A DNA stretch of 64,000 bases from Alphaproteobacteria bacterium (lineage in GTDB: Bacteria; Pseudomonadota; Alphaproteobacteria; G965222575), in contig OZ244958.1 of NCBI GenBank assembly GCA_965222575.1, forward strand, positions 672,001-736,000, in the 5' to 3' direction. Below the pieces are notes generated by a model. That model was given only the letters and a program-made list of their open reading frames with translations, was not told where the DNA came from and made no database searches. A program made the position numbers and the translations under genes. Of the stretch, positions 46,172 through 56,552 are shown in pieces (positions within the stretch are counted from its first letter, which is position 1; the number at the start of each line of letters is the position of its first letter).

Positions 46172-47977
46172 GTGTTGTCTAGAGGAGGGGTTGATAGTAT
46201 TGTGTTGAAGCGACTGAAGCTTTCCTTCTTTTTTCTGTATTTTATGTGCTTTTTAGGTGTGCTAGGGAGCTTTCCCTCTGCATGGGGGTATACGCTTTTT
46301 AGAGCGAAGGTCGGTCAATTTACATTTGATGCGAACTTTGCTTTATTATTTGAATATGAGTATCCTGTTCCTCGTAGTGCAGGAGGCAATGTTTACAATT
46401 TTTTTTATGAGGGCAATTTTGGTACGGGATATACTTGGCGGAAGAGAATCTTTGGCATTAACTTTACTGCTAATCTGACCTACAGAGGAAAGTTTCTTTA
46501 TAGAGGGAAAAATATTCCTTTTATCAGTGCTTTTCGCGAGGGACAAGATTTGCTGGACATGCAATATAAAGATGAATGGGAATACCAGGTGATTTTCCCT
46601 CGATTTGGGAAGTTTTTGTATGACTCTGAAAGTTTGGTGTATAGGAGGGAGATTGATACAAGAAAGATAGGAAGAGTTTCTTTTCGATACGAAGATATTC
46701 CCCCGAATACCTATGATAAGTGGGTAAAGGAGGGGTTGTATTCTGCTGGAGAAGATACCTATAAATTTTCAACGATTGGCTTGTTATCAGCTGGCTTTAC
46801 ATTGAATTATTTACCGCAATATTGTAAAATTGGTAAGAACAAGAGGATCGCCGGTGAAGATCCTCCTACTCAGGAGATTGTGAGATGTCATCGGGGTTTG
46901 TTCCTGAGAATGGAGAATCTTCAGCACAATTTCTTGTTGGACGATAAAGTATACGATGAGGAAGACCTGCGCCAATCACTACTTGCCACAGAAGAAGATG
47001 AAGACAAAGAACCTTCTGTTCAGCGTCTTTACGGCTGGGTTTCTCCGCTTTATTATCCTGTCTCCCTTTTTGTTGGGTATCAAGTGGACGGAGCTTTTAA
47101 GAGGAAAACAGCAAAGGGGAGAATATTGGTATTGAATTACAGAAAATACTTATACAATTATGATTTACGACTTGATGTGCGTTATGCCTACGCTAAGGAC
47201 TTAAGGGAAATAACGGATAGAAAGGTATTCTACGTGAAAGTTGACAAGGGGAATTATACTTTATTCTTAACGCATATACGGCAGGATCTGATGCATCGCT
47301 ATTGGGGAGGTGTTGTGACGAAAGTCAGGGGATGGGATGTCAAATTTTTCTATGGACGAGTGAAGAGGTTTATTGACTATGATACGCTACTCTTTCAGGC
47401 GAACTTGGGGACTCACTATGGTGATGAGAGAGATAGTGTGAGAAATGATGTAGGGACGGAGCCTTATACTTTTACGGATTTAACGGAGTTTGCGGCGCGG
47501 CGCAATAAGCTAACGGTGTTAGGGAGGTTTACTGTAGAAGGGAAAGGCGTTTTGATGAAGTCTTTTTCAGATATGCTAGGCATATCGAACAGGACGTATA
47601 CGAATTGGCTGGGGTATATAAGTTTTAATTGGCAATTGCCTTCGCATTGGGAAGTTGCGCAGGTTTTCAGTACTGTGAAGGTGGAAGTAGCGTCGGCGCC
47701 GAGGTTGTTGCTATTGCCTAGTAATGAAGTTGCTTCGCGTATACATTCTTATCAAATTTTGGTAGGGAATGCGCGGAAAATCAGAATACCTTTTAGGGTA
47801 ACTGTAAAGTGGAATCTTTATTACATATCAAAGTACATGGATATTAGCAGAGAAAAAGTAACATATCCTGCGTATATTACTCTGACTAGAAGAGATGGAA
47901 GAGATGGGGCTGGTTATGATCGATTAGAGAAAAAAATAGATCGTGGGTTTAGAATTGCTTTAAGTGTAAACTTTTAG
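46172..47977 (+). CDS. Hypothetical protein, probable outer-membrane beta-barrel
   Basis: 601-aa ORF with a signal-peptide-like N-terminus (..FPSAWG), aromatic-rich alternating segments, and C-terminal GFRIALSVNF. Confidence 0.6.
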   Translation: MLSRGGVDSIVLKRLKLSFFFLYFMCFLGVLGSFPSAWGYTLFRAKVGQFTFDANFALLFEYEYPVPRSAGGNVYNFFYEGNFGTGYTWRKRIFGINFTANLTYRGKFLYRGKNIPFISAFREGQDLLDMQYKDEWEYQVIFPRFGKFLYDSESLVYRREIDTRKIGRVSFRYEDIPPNTYDKWVKEGLYSAGEDTYKFSTIGLLSAGFTLNYLPQYCKIGKNKRIAGEDPPTQEIVRCHRGLFLRMENLQHNFLLDDKVYDEEDLRQSLLATEEDEDKEPSVQRLYGWVSPLYYPVSLFVGYQVDGAFKRKTAKGRILVLNYRKYLYNYDLRLDVRYAYAKDLREITDRKVFYVKVDKGNYTLFLTHIRQDLMHRYWGGVVTKVRGWDVKFFYGRVKRFIDYDTLLFQANLGTHYGDERDSVRNDVGTEPYTFTDLTEFAARRNKLTVLGRFTVEGKGVLMKSFSDMLGISNRTYTNWLGYISFNWQLPSHWEVAQVFSTVKVEVASAPRLLLLPSNEVASRIHSYQILVGNARKIRIPFRVTVKWNLYYISKYMDISREKVTYPAYITLTRRDGRDGAGYDRLEKKIDRGFRIALSVNF

Positions 47978-48229
47978 ATATCTGTAGATGATAGGGTGTT
48001 GAGTCTAAGCCATAAGCGAGGTCGTAGTGCCTGCTCATTATCCTTTTTCTTCTAGCCTGTAATAGTCTTAACCCCCCTTTGTTTTTTAGGGAATCTCCCG
48101 TTGAGTGCTCGTCACTTACACATTGAAAACCTTGTTTTTTCAGGTGACTTGCCTTGAAAAAACCTTTACAATAAGTAGTATTGAGGCAAAAAGCCTAACC
48201 CGTTTTATTTGTGGAGTTAATACCCTTTT

Positions 48230-50857
48230 ATGAGTTCTTCTAAAAATACAGCTCAACATCAACCCCCTCCTACAATCCATATCAAAAGCATTTCCATTGA
48301 GAAGGAAATGCAACAATCCTATTTGGCTTATGCCATGAGTGTGATTATTGCGCGTGCCTTGCCCGATGCGCGCGATGGGTTGAAGCCTGTCCATAGACGG
48401 ATTTTACACGCTATGAATGAAGGCGGATACACCTCTGGGAAACCCTATAGAAAATCAGCTCGTATTGTGGGGGATGTCATTGGGAAGTATCACCCTCATG
48501 GAGAGGCGGCTATTTATGAAGCTATGGTGCGGCTAGTGCAGGATTTTAGCATGCGACTGCCACTTTTAGACGGACAGGGCAATTTTGGCTCTTTAGATGG
48601 AGACAAACCTGCTGCTATGCGTTATACAGAGATTCGACTCAAACCCCCTGCCGAAGCGCTCCTCAGCGGTATCAAAGAAAATACTGTAGATTTCAAACCT
48701 AACTATGACAGCTCTGAAACAGAACCCTCTGTTCTACCAGCGGCTTTCCCAAACCTCTTGGTCAACGGCGCTAGTGGTATCGCTGTGGGAATGGCTACCA
48801 ATATTCCTCCTTATAACCTCAATGAACTCATAGATGCTACCCTTGCCCTCATAGAGACCCCTTCACTCCAAAGGGAAGACTTAGCACACACTATCCTAGG
48901 ACCGGACTTCCCAACAGGAGGCATTATCCTTGGCAAACAAGGAATCCATGACGCCCTCATGACAGGACGCGGTACTATCTCCATGAGAGGGCAACTCCAT
49001 ACGGAACGGGCAGATACGAACTCTCCTGCCCTTATCATTACAGAAATCCCTTATCAACTCAACAAAGCGCGCCTTATTGAAACGATTGCTATGAATGTTA
49101 GGAAGCAAATCATTGAAGGCGTTGCTGATTTACGCGACGAATCCAATAAGGAGGGTGTGCGTATTGTTATTGAACTCAAACGCGGTTATGACCCTGCTAT
49201 CATTGAGAATACCCTCTATAAATATACGCCTCTACAGAGCTCTTTTGGTATTAACATGGTGGCACTTAATGAAGGAAGACCTCAGCGACTCAATATCAAA
49301 GAGTTACTGTCTATCTTTATTGATTTTAGAAAAGAGACTCTCACAAGAAGGACCCAGTATCGTCTTGATAAGGCCCGCGCCCGTGCTCATCTTTTATTAG
49401 CACTCGGACTTGCTGTGGCGAACCTTGATGAAATGGTGGCGCTTATTAAAAGTGCGAAAGATACAGCCCATGCCCGTACTCTGCTCATGGAGAAGCCTTG
49501 GCCTCTTAAAGACTGCGAAACTTTAGTGACACTCATTGAAGGCACACAACAAGGCAAAGTTTATCACCTCTCTGAAGTCCAAGCTAGAGGGATTTTGGAC
49601 TTGCGTTTGAACCGTTTAACGGCTCTAGGACGTGAAGAAATTGAAAAAGAACTCAGAGAATTAGCGACTTATATCACACGCCATTTAGATATCCTAATGC
49701 ATGAAGAGTCCTTAGTGAAACTCATGAAAGAGGAGCTACAACAGGTCAAAGAGAATTTTGGCACTCCTAGAAGAACAGAAATTTCAGACCAACTGCTTTC
49801 TTTTGAAGAAGAACACTTTATTCAAAAAGAAAATATGGTGGTAACATTGTCTGATAAGGGTTATGTGAAGCGCGTCCCCTTAAGTACTTATAAGCCGCAA
49901 AAAAGAGGCGGGAAGGGACGCATAGGGGCTAAAACCGTAGAGGAAGATTTTCTCAGGGAAGTCTATGTGGTGAGTACCCATGATGATTTATTGATGTTCT
50001 CAAATCTTGGAAGAGTCTATAAAATCAAGGCCTATCGCTTGCCGCAAGCCCTCCCACACTCTAAGGGAAAAGCCTTACAGAACAAGATTCCTTTGGCGGA
50101 AAAGGAAAAAATCAGACGTCTTTTGGTGCTACAAAACCAAGACACCTCTTCTACTAATGGACTGGAGGCTTTGGCTCTTGAACCTGAGCAAAAGAAGCTT
50201 TTTATCATCTTTGCTACCGCTTTTGGGAAAGTGAGAAGGAACGCTATTGAAGATTTTGAGATGGTGCGGGCTAATGGGAAAATTGCTATGAAACTACAAG
50301 AGGATGACCGCATTGTGGGTGTGGATTTGTGCGGGGAGGATCATAAAATTGTCTTGACGAATAGGGAGGGGAAAGCCATTTGTTTTAAGGCGGGGGATGT
50401 ACGAACCATCAAGAGCAGAAATTCCTCTGGCGTGAACGGCATGAGACTGAAAGGGAACAACAAAGTTGTTAGTATGTCCGTTTTAGAAGCACGTTCTTCG
50501 GAAGCGCCCGCCTCTTCTAAAGAGGCATTCTTTATGTTGACCATCACAGAGAATGGCTACGGCAAGCTTACCGCTGTGAGTCAATACAGGATTCAAAGAA
50601 GAGGCGGCACGGGTGTTATTACCATTAAGACCTCTAAGCGCAATGGGAGGGTGATTTTCGCTGCTGTGGTGAAGAAGACAGACCAACTGATGCTGATGAC
50701 CAATAAAGGACAAGTGATTCGCTCGCCTATCAAGGGTATTCGCGCCTATTCCCGTAATACACAAGGGGTAATATTGTTCAGAGTAGCGAAAGATGAACGA
50801 GTCGTTGCTGCTTCTGTGTTGGATGATAAAATACTGCTAGAATCGCCATGCGTATAG
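48230..50857 (+). CDS. gyrA: DNA gyrase subunit A
   Basis: [15 protein letters not shown] catalytic Tyr, and the GyrA box QKRGGKG, which distinguishes it from ParC. Confidence 0.97.
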   Translation: MSSSKNTAQHQPPPTIHIKSISIEKEMQQSYLAYAMSVIIARALPDARDGLKPVHRRILHAMNEGGYTSGKPYRKSARIVGDVIGKYHPHGEAAIYEAMVRLVQDFSMRLPLLDGQGNFGSLDGDKPAAMRYTEIRLKPPAEALLSGIKENTVDFKPNYDSSETEPSVLPAAFPNLLVNGASGIAVGMATNIPPYNLNELIDATLALIETPSLQREDLAHTILGPDFPTGGIILGKQGIHDALMTGRGTISMRGQLHTERADTNSPALIITEIPYQLNKARLIETIAMNVRKQIIEGVADLRDESNKEGVRIVIELKRGYDPAIIENTLYKYTPLQSSFGINMVALNEGRPQRLNIKELLSIFIDFRKETLTRRTQYRLDKARARAHLLLALGLAVANLDEMVALIKSAKDTAHARTLLMEKPWPLKDCETLVTLIEGTQQGKVYHLSEVQARGILDLRLNRLTALGREEIEKELRELATYITRHLDILMHEESLVKLMKEELQQVKENFGTPRRTEISDQLLSFEEEHFIQKENMVVTLSDKGYVKRVPLSTYKPQKRGGKGRIGAKTVEEDFLREVYVVSTHDDLLMFSNLGRVYKIKAYRLPQALPHSKGKALQNKIPLAEKEKIRRLLVLQNQDTSSTNGLEALALEPEQKKLFIIFATAFGKVRRNAIEDFEMVRANGKIAMKLQEDDRIVGVDLCGEDHKIVLTNREGKAICFKAGDVRTIKSRNSSGVNGMRLKGNNKVVSMSVLEARSSEAPASSKEAFFMLTITENGYGKLTAVSQYRIQRRGGTGVITIKTSKRNGRVIFAAVVKKTDQLMLMTNKGQVIRSPIKGIRAYSRNTQGVILFRVAKDERVVAASVLDDKILLESPCV

Positions 50858-51345
50858 GTCTTTATCCTGGTACTTTTGATCCGATTCATTTTGGGCATCA
50901 CGCGCTCATAGAAAGAGGGGTAGCCTTAGTGGACAAGTTTTATATTGGTATTGCTGAGAATCCTTTGAAAAAGCCCTTTCTTCCTCTTGATATCCGTCTT
51001 GCGTTGATTGAAGAAGAAGTGCTGCATTTTCCTCAAGATTTAAGACATAAAGTTTCTGTGACGGCCTTCAAAGGAACGTTGGTACAGTGTGCTCAGAACT
51101 TAAAGGCTAGTGTGATTTTTAGGGGACTAAGAGCGGTGACGGATGTGGCTTATGAATGTCAAATGACAGCCATGAATAAAGTCTTAGACGCTCATCTGGA
51201 GACAGTGTTTTTGTTGGCTACAGACCCTTATCAGTTTATTTCCTCAAAGTTGGTACGAGAAGTCTGTGCTGTGGGGGGGAATGTAGAGATGTTTGTGTCA
51301 CAGCGCGTGGCAAAAGTCTGTCGAGAATATGTCATCACCTCCTGA
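50848..51345 (+). CDS. coaD: Phosphopantetheine adenylyltransferase
   Basis: [24 protein letters not shown]. Confidence 0.96.
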   Translation: MRIGLYPGTFDPIHFGHHALIERGVALVDKFYIGIAENPLKKPFLPLDIRLALIEEEVLHFPQDLRHKVSVTAFKGTLVQCAQNLKASVIFRGLRAVTDVAYECQMTAMNKVLDAHLETVFLLATDPYQFISSKLVREVCAVGGNVEMFVSQRVAKVCREYVITS

Positions 51346-52357
51346 AGAAGGGTCTTTTACCTCTTATTCTTACCCGCCCGACGCTATTGCAACTTGTCCC
51401 TGCACGCCTAGAGAAAAAGCTACTCTCATGGTGGTAAAAAAGGAGAAAAGACTCTTCCAAACAATAGGCGATTTGCCAAACTTTCTCACCCCTTCCGATG
51501 TTTTAGTGCTCAATGATACAAAAGTTTACCCCGCACGCCTCCTGATGAACACTGGCTATGATAAGAAGGTAGAAGTTCTGTTGAATAAGCCGTTGTGTCA
51601 ATCCCATAGGCAATGGGAAGCCCTGATAAACCCTATGAAAGGCACAAAAGAAACCCTGTTCTTTAAGGGACATCAAGTGACAGCAGAAAAACAAAAAGGG
51701 CGCTTCTCTCTCATCAAGTTCCACCACCCCAACCCTCTAACCCTCATCAACCAATATGGTAGTACACCGATACCGCCCTATATCCTCAAGAAAAGACCAC
51801 TCCTCTCACAAGATAAAACAGACTATCAAACTGTCTACGCCAAAACACAAGGCGCCGTCGCTGCCCCAACAGCAGGCCTGCACTTTACACCGAATCTCCT
51901 CAAAACAATTCAAAACAAAAATATTCCCCTTGCCTTCATCACACTGCATGTAAGCGCCGGTACCTTCTTGCCTTTGGAAAAAAATCAACGATTCCTACAC
52001 GCAGAATACATGGAGATAAACCAAAAAACAGCAACACTACTCAATCAAGCGCAAAAAAATCAACAACGCATTATCAGTGTCGGCACAACAGTCCTAAGAG
52101 CCCTAGAAACCTGCTTAACCCACCGAGAACACTTTCACCCCTTTCAAGGAGAGACGAAAATATTTATCACGCCCGGCTTTGTGTTCAAAGCTGTAGATGT
52201 CCTCTTCACCAACTTTCACCTCCCCCACTCTTCTTTATTGCCACTGATTTGCGCTTTCGCAGGCGAACACCTCATCAAGACTTCATACCAAGAAGCCCTG
52301 AAAAGAAACTGTAAAATAGGCTCCTACGGAGATGCCTGTCTTTTTTATAGGACATAA
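51329..52357 (+). CDS. queA: S-adenosylmethionine:tRNA ribosyltransferase-isomerase
   Basis: NDTKVYPARL, PIPPYI, YQTVYA, AAPTAGLHFT, VGTTVLRALE, TNFHLP, SYGDA. Confidence 0.96.
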   Translation: MSSPPEEGSFTSYSYPPDAIATCPCTPREKATLMVVKKEKRLFQTIGDLPNFLTPSDVLVLNDTKVYPARLLMNTGYDKKVEVLLNKPLCQSHRQWEALINPMKGTKETLFFKGHQVTAEKQKGRFSLIKFHHPNPLTLINQYGSTPIPPYILKKRPLLSQDKTDYQTVYAKTQGAVAAPTAGLHFTPNLLKTIQNKNIPLAFITLHVSAGTFLPLEKNQRFLHAEYMEINQKTATLLNQAQKNQQRIISVGTTVLRALETCLTHREHFHPFQGETKIFITPGFVFKAVDVLFTNFHLPHSSLLPLICAFAGEHLIKTSYQEALKRNCKIGSYGDACLFYRT

Positions 52358-52463
52358 TAATCAATCACTAAGGTGACCGCCACTTCATATTCAGAAATGA
52401 TACCAACATTTGTCCTCACTCTTAAAAAAGCCTACCTTTCATGAAAATAGTCCGATAAAAACT

Positions 52464-52502
52464 TTTCAGGTGTTCTCCTAGAAACTAGGAGAACACCTGA
52501 AA
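52464..52502. repeat. Perfect 18-bp inverted repeat (hairpin); possible terminator after queA
   Basis: tttcaggtgttctcctag-aaa-ctaggagaacacctgaaa. Confidence 0.85.
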
Positions 52503-52616
52503 GAGGAGCTAGAGAGAAGATAGACTCAACTATAAAAACACCATACTTTTATTAAGAATATATTAAAATTAAATGGTTGGATATTTTGTATTTTTCATCC
52601 CGACTGCTCACCTATC

Positions 52617-52825
52617 ATAAAATAGAAGAGGGTATAGGGAAAACAAGGTGCGGGTACTAGTACAGGAAGCTCCCCCTTCAATAAGGTATCCCCCTTCAAT
52701 AAGGTATCCCCCCTCAACAAGATATCCCCTCAATAAGGTATCTCCTCAAGAGGGTATCCCCCTCAAGAGGGTCCCCCTCAAGAGGGTATCCCTCAAGAGG
52801 GTATAAAATAGAAGAGGGTATAGGG
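52617..52825. repeat. Eight degenerate 15-18-bp tandem units between two identical 23-bp direct repeats
   Basis: ataaaatagaagagggtataggg at 52617-52639 and 52803-52825. C(n)tcaataaggtat / C(n)tcaagagggtat units span 52672-52804. Confidence 0.9.
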
Positions 52826-52893
52826 TGTACCATAGAGATGGTGTATACTAATTGATGATGGGGGGAGAGGGACAAAAGGGTAAAGAGGAGAGG

Positions 52894-54621
52894 ATGTTTC
52901 TTCGTTGTTTGGAGCGGCGCAGTCAGGTTTTATTGAAGGAGCTTTTTCCTGACTTACCGTCGGCGGTGTTGGAATCGGTGAAGTTTGATACACCGCCTGT
53001 GAATCAATACGGAGATTTGTACTGGAATGCGGCTTTAGCTTTAGCCTCTTTTCTGAAACAATCGCCCTTAGAGATTGCGTTTCGACTCAAAGAGCCTTTT
53101 GCGAATCTTGGGGATATTCATCAGGTACAAGTTGCCCCACCGGGCTTTATCAATTTTACGCTTAAGAAAGAGGTTTGGCATCAGGGGCTTCTGTCCATTC
53201 TCAAAAGCGGGTCTTCTTTTGGCGAGAAGCACTGCAGGAAAGCGGAAACTGTTTCTGTGGAATTTCTTTCGGCTAATCCTACGGGCCCTCTTCATGTTGC
53301 CCATGCTAGGGGGGCTGTTTTAGGGGATGTGATTGCCCGTCTCATGGAAAGAGCGGGACATAGGGTTGTGCGTGAGTATTATATCAATGATGCTGGACGG
53401 CAAATCCATGAGTTGGCGGCTTCAACTTTTTATCTTTATTCTCAACAACTAGGCGTAAAGTGCCCTAAACCGCAGGGCTTCTATCCGGGCGCTTATCTGA
53501 AAAGCGTTGCGGGGGAACTCATTGAGACTTATCAAGACAAGTTTATCAACAATCAGAACTGGGAAAAGCCTATCACGGCTTTCCTTCTTCACAAAATGAT
53601 GACACTGATTAAGGAGGACTTGAAAACACTTGGTATTGCTTTTGATTATTTTGTCTCTGAAGCCTCTTTACAGGCGGAAGGGAAAGTGGACGCTATCTTG
53701 CAAGAACTCCAAAAGCGCAACCTCACCTATCAAGGGACACTCCCTCCTCCAAAGGGCAAGCGGGATGTCAACTGGAAACCTCAGAAACGGCTTTTGTTTC
53801 GTGCTTCTCAATTCGGTGATGACCAAGACAGACCTCTGGATAAACCAGATGGACAGTGGACATATTTTGCTACTGATATTGCTTATCACTATGACAAGCT
53901 CTCAAGAGCTACAAAGCTTATCACTATCCTAGGAGCTGACCATGGCGGCTATATAAAACGCATCAAGGCTGTTGTGAATGCTCTTTCCAAGGGGAAGACA
54001 ACCCTTACGTGCCACACCTGTCAGCTCGTGAGACTCCTAAGAGATGGACAAGCTTTACCCATGTCAAAACGACAGGGGCATTTCCTCTCATTGAAAAAAA
54101 TCCTCCAAGAAGTAGGGCCTGATGTCTTGCGCTTCTTTCTTCTCACACGCCGCCACGATGTCTCAATGGACTTCGACCTCCAAGAAGTCCTCAAAGAAAC
54201 GAAGGATAATCCTGTTTTCTATGTTCAGTATGCTCACGCTAGAGCTTGCTCCGTTCGAAAACGCATGTATCAACGCCTCCCTTCCCTCCCCTCAGACCTC
54301 AACACCATAGCCCAACAAGTCAATCTCAACCTCCTAGACGATTCTGTACAAAAGCTCTATCAACAGCTCATTTTCTTCCCTCATGTCCTAGAACAGGCAA
54401 CAAAGAATCTCGAACCCCATCGCCTGACAACTTACCTCTATGAACTCGCCTCACTCTTCCATGCTCTGTTTACAAAGGGAAAAACTCAACAACAACTGCG
54501 CTTCATTAATCCTGAAGACCCCCCTCGTTCCCTCGCAAACCTAGCCGTTGTTATTGCGGTACAAACAATCATTGCTGACGGACTTTCCCTTCTAGGCGTT
54601 AACCCTCCTGAAACAATGTAG
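52894..54621 (+). CDS. argS: Arginine--tRNA ligase
   Basis: PGFINF, SANPTGPLHVAHARGA, REYYINDAG, GADHGGY, MSKR, YVQYAHAR. GAGGAG SD precedes ATG 52894. Confidence 0.97.
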   Translation: MFLRCLERRSQVLLKELFPDLPSAVLESVKFDTPPVNQYGDLYWNAALALASFLKQSPLEIAFRLKEPFANLGDIHQVQVAPPGFINFTLKKEVWHQGLLSILKSGSSFGEKHCRKAETVSVEFLSANPTGPLHVAHARGAVLGDVIARLMERAGHRVVREYYINDAGRQIHELAASTFYLYSQQLGVKCPKPQGFYPGAYLKSVAGELIETYQDKFINNQNWEKPITAFLLHKMMTLIKEDLKTLGIAFDYFVSEASLQAEGKVDAILQELQKRNLTYQGTLPPPKGKRDVNWKPQKRLLFRASQFGDDQDRPLDKPDGQWTYFATDIAYHYDKLSRATKLITILGADHGGYIKRIKAVVNALSKGKTTLTCHTCQLVRLLRDGQALPMSKRQGHFLSLKKILQEVGPDVLRFFLLTRRHDVSMDFDLQEVLKETKDNPVFYVQYAHARACSVRKRMYQRLPSLPSDLNTIAQQVNLNLLDDSVQKLYQQLIFFPHVLEQATKNLEPHRLTTYLYELASLFHALFTKGKTQQQLRFINPEDPPRSLANLAVVIAVQTIIADGLSLLGVNPPETM

Positions 54622-54686
54622 ATGCCTGATTGAATAAGAAGAAAAAATCCTTTATACTCACTAGTAAGGAAAATCCATTTTTTACT

Positions 54687-55253
54687 ATGGCTCAACAACA
54701 ACAACAATCCCACCCCCTTTTAAGACTTCCTCTCTTGCGGTCTGTTTTCTTTTGGGCTTTTGTGTTGTTGGGACTCATTGTGGTGCTCATTTGGCAACCT
54801 TGGATGCGTACACCGCCTCCTACTATTGTGCCCCCTGATACGCAAGTAGAACAATTCTCACCCCCTCAAGAGGAAATAGAAGAAGAGGAGGAAATACAAG
54901 AACAGGAAGAAATGGAACCCCCTAATATAGTGGAAGGACAGGAAAAAGCCGCACCACCCCCGCCCCCGCCTCTGGCTGATGATGAGGTCTCTTCAGAGAC
55001 AACTTACTGCGTACAGCTCTTTGCCTCCTTCCGTCTTGAACCCTTAAAAACCTTTTGGGATACACTACGGCAGAACACTCCAGCACTCTTTGAACCGGTC
55101 ACTGTTTCCATGCCAACTGTCAACCACAATGGCAAGACTCTCTATCGCTTGCGGGTTGGAATCTTTACAAAAGCTACCCTGAAGGACTTTACACAACAGT
55201 TAGAACAACACAACATTGACTACTTTGTTCTTCCCATCCCATCAACATCATAG
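54687..55253 (+). CDS. SPOR-domain membrane protein (FtsN-like)
   Basis: TM helix, acidic/Pro-rich linker, C-terminal YCVQLFASF...LYRLRVG. Follows argS, as alphaproteobacterial ftsN-like genes do. Confidence 0.82.
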   Translation: MAQQQQQSHPLLRLPLLRSVFFWAFVLLGLIVVLIWQPWMRTPPPTIVPPDTQVEQFSPPQEEIEEEEEIQEQEEMEPPNIVEGQEKAAPPPPPPLADDEVSSETTYCVQLFASFRLEPLKTFWDTLRQNTPALFEPVTVSMPTVNHNGKTLYRLRVGIFTKATLKDFTQQLEQHNIDYFVLPIPSTS

Positions 55254-55262
55254 GAGCTTAAT

Positions 55263-55454
55263 ATGAGTATTGGACCGTTACAAATTCTCATTATTCTTCT
55301 TATTGTTCTGATTCTCTTTGGGGCTGGGAAGCTCCCCCGTATTGCAGGAGACCTAGCCAAGGGTATTAGAAATTTCAAAAAAGGGCTTGAGGGGGATGAA
55401 ACAACGACGACACGTGAGACAAAAAAACTACCCTCTTCTCGAAAGAAGAAATAA
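55263..55454 (+). CDS. tatA: Twin-arginine translocase TatA
   Basis: LILFGAGKLPRIAGDLAKGIRNFKKG; AGGAG SD. Confidence 0.95.
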   Translation: MSIGPLQILIILLIVLILFGAGKLPRIAGDLAKGIRNFKKGLEGDETTTTRETKKLPSSRKKK

Positions 55455-55477
55455 TTACGTCACTGCTAAGAGAAAAA

Positions 55478-55783
55478 ATGAAGGGGTTTTTATTGTGGGG
55501 GGTCCTTCTAATGCTAGGAGGAAGCAACATTGCAACTGCTCACGGCAGTTTTATTCCCGGTATAGGATGGTCTGAAATCACAATTGTTGTGTTGCTTGCG
55601 TTACTGATTTTTCCGTCCAAAGACCTTCCTGTGTTGATGAAAAAGATGGGGGGCTTTATGGCTGTTGTACGCCATCAAATCCATGGGGTGAAACGGTCTT
55701 TTTTATCTATGGAGGATGAGGCTTCGCAAGAAAAGAAGAAGAAGAAGCCAGACAATGGAGACTCTTCTTCCTCTGAACGATAA
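55478..55783 (+). CDS. tatB: Twin-arginine translocase TatB with an N-terminal extension
   Basis: IGWSEITIVVLLALLIF.KDLP; between tatA and tatC. Confidence 0.85.
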   Translation: MKGFLLWGVLLMLGGSNIATAHGSFIPGIGWSEITIVVLLALLIFPSKDLPVLMKKMGGFMAVVRHQIHGVKRSFLSMEDEASQEKKKKKPDNGDSSSSER

Positions 55784-56544
55784 TGCGTGCCCGTCCCTCT
55801 TCTTTTGTACAGCACCTAGCGGAATTGCGAAAACGACTCTTTTTTTGTGTCCTGCTGTTTGGGGGCATCTTTCTTTTGAGCTATACACAGGCGGAGAGGC
55901 TTTATTATCTTCTTAGCTTGCCCTTGAGGGCTGTCTTTGGAGCTTACGAGGAAGGGAGTCGACGTCTGATTTTCACTTCTTTACAGGAAGTCTTTATCAC
56001 CTATATCAAAGTGTCGAGCTGGGTTGCGGTTTTTGTAACCCTTCCCATTGCCATGAGCCAGCTTTATCTTTTTATCGCCCCCGGACTCCGTTATGTGGAA
56101 AAACGTGTACTCCTGCCTCTCCTGGCTCTTTTTCCCCTTTTATTTTTCTTAGGCATTTTCATTGCTTATATCCTTCTTCTGCCTATAATTTTCCGCTTCT
56201 TTTTAGGGTTTGAAATCCCTTCTGCTGAAGAGACTTTACCCCTGCAACTAGAGCTTAAAATTCATGATTATCTCTCTTTTACCCTTCATCTGATGCTAGC
56301 TGTAGGATTGATTTTTCAGCTTCCCCTTCTGTGTATTCTTTCCTATGTCACAGGACTTGTGAGTCTGAAGGCCTTGCGAAAAGGACGGCGTGTAGCCATT
56401 GTTTTGAGCTTCCTTATCGCTGCCCTCTTCACGCCACCTGACCCCTTAAGCCAGATTATCATGGCGTTCCCAATTGTTGCTTTATATGAACTATCCTTGC
56501 TGGTAATATGGATACTTAAGCATATGGCCAATTCAAAACAATAG
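55783..56544 (+). CDS. tatC: Twin-arginine translocase TatC
   Basis: HLAELRKRL, FIAPGL, FQLP, TPPDPLSQ, LYE. Confidence 0.96.
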   Translation: MRARPSSFVQHLAELRKRLFFCVLLFGGIFLLSYTQAERLYYLLSLPLRAVFGAYEEGSRRLIFTSLQEVFITYIKVSSWVAVFVTLPIAMSQLYLFIAPGLRYVEKRVLLPLLALFPLLFFLGIFIAYILLLPIIFRFFLGFEIPSAEETLPLQLELKIHDYLSFTLHLMLAVGLIFQLPLLCILSYVTGLVSLKALRKGRRVAIVLSFLIAALFTPPDPLSQIIMAFPIVALYELSLLVIWILKHMANSKQ

Positions 56545-56552
56545 TTAGCATT

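Noticed and set aside
52672-52804. CRISPR array or transposon end
   Set aside because: The repeats are 15-18 bp and abut with no spacers; no transposase is nearby.
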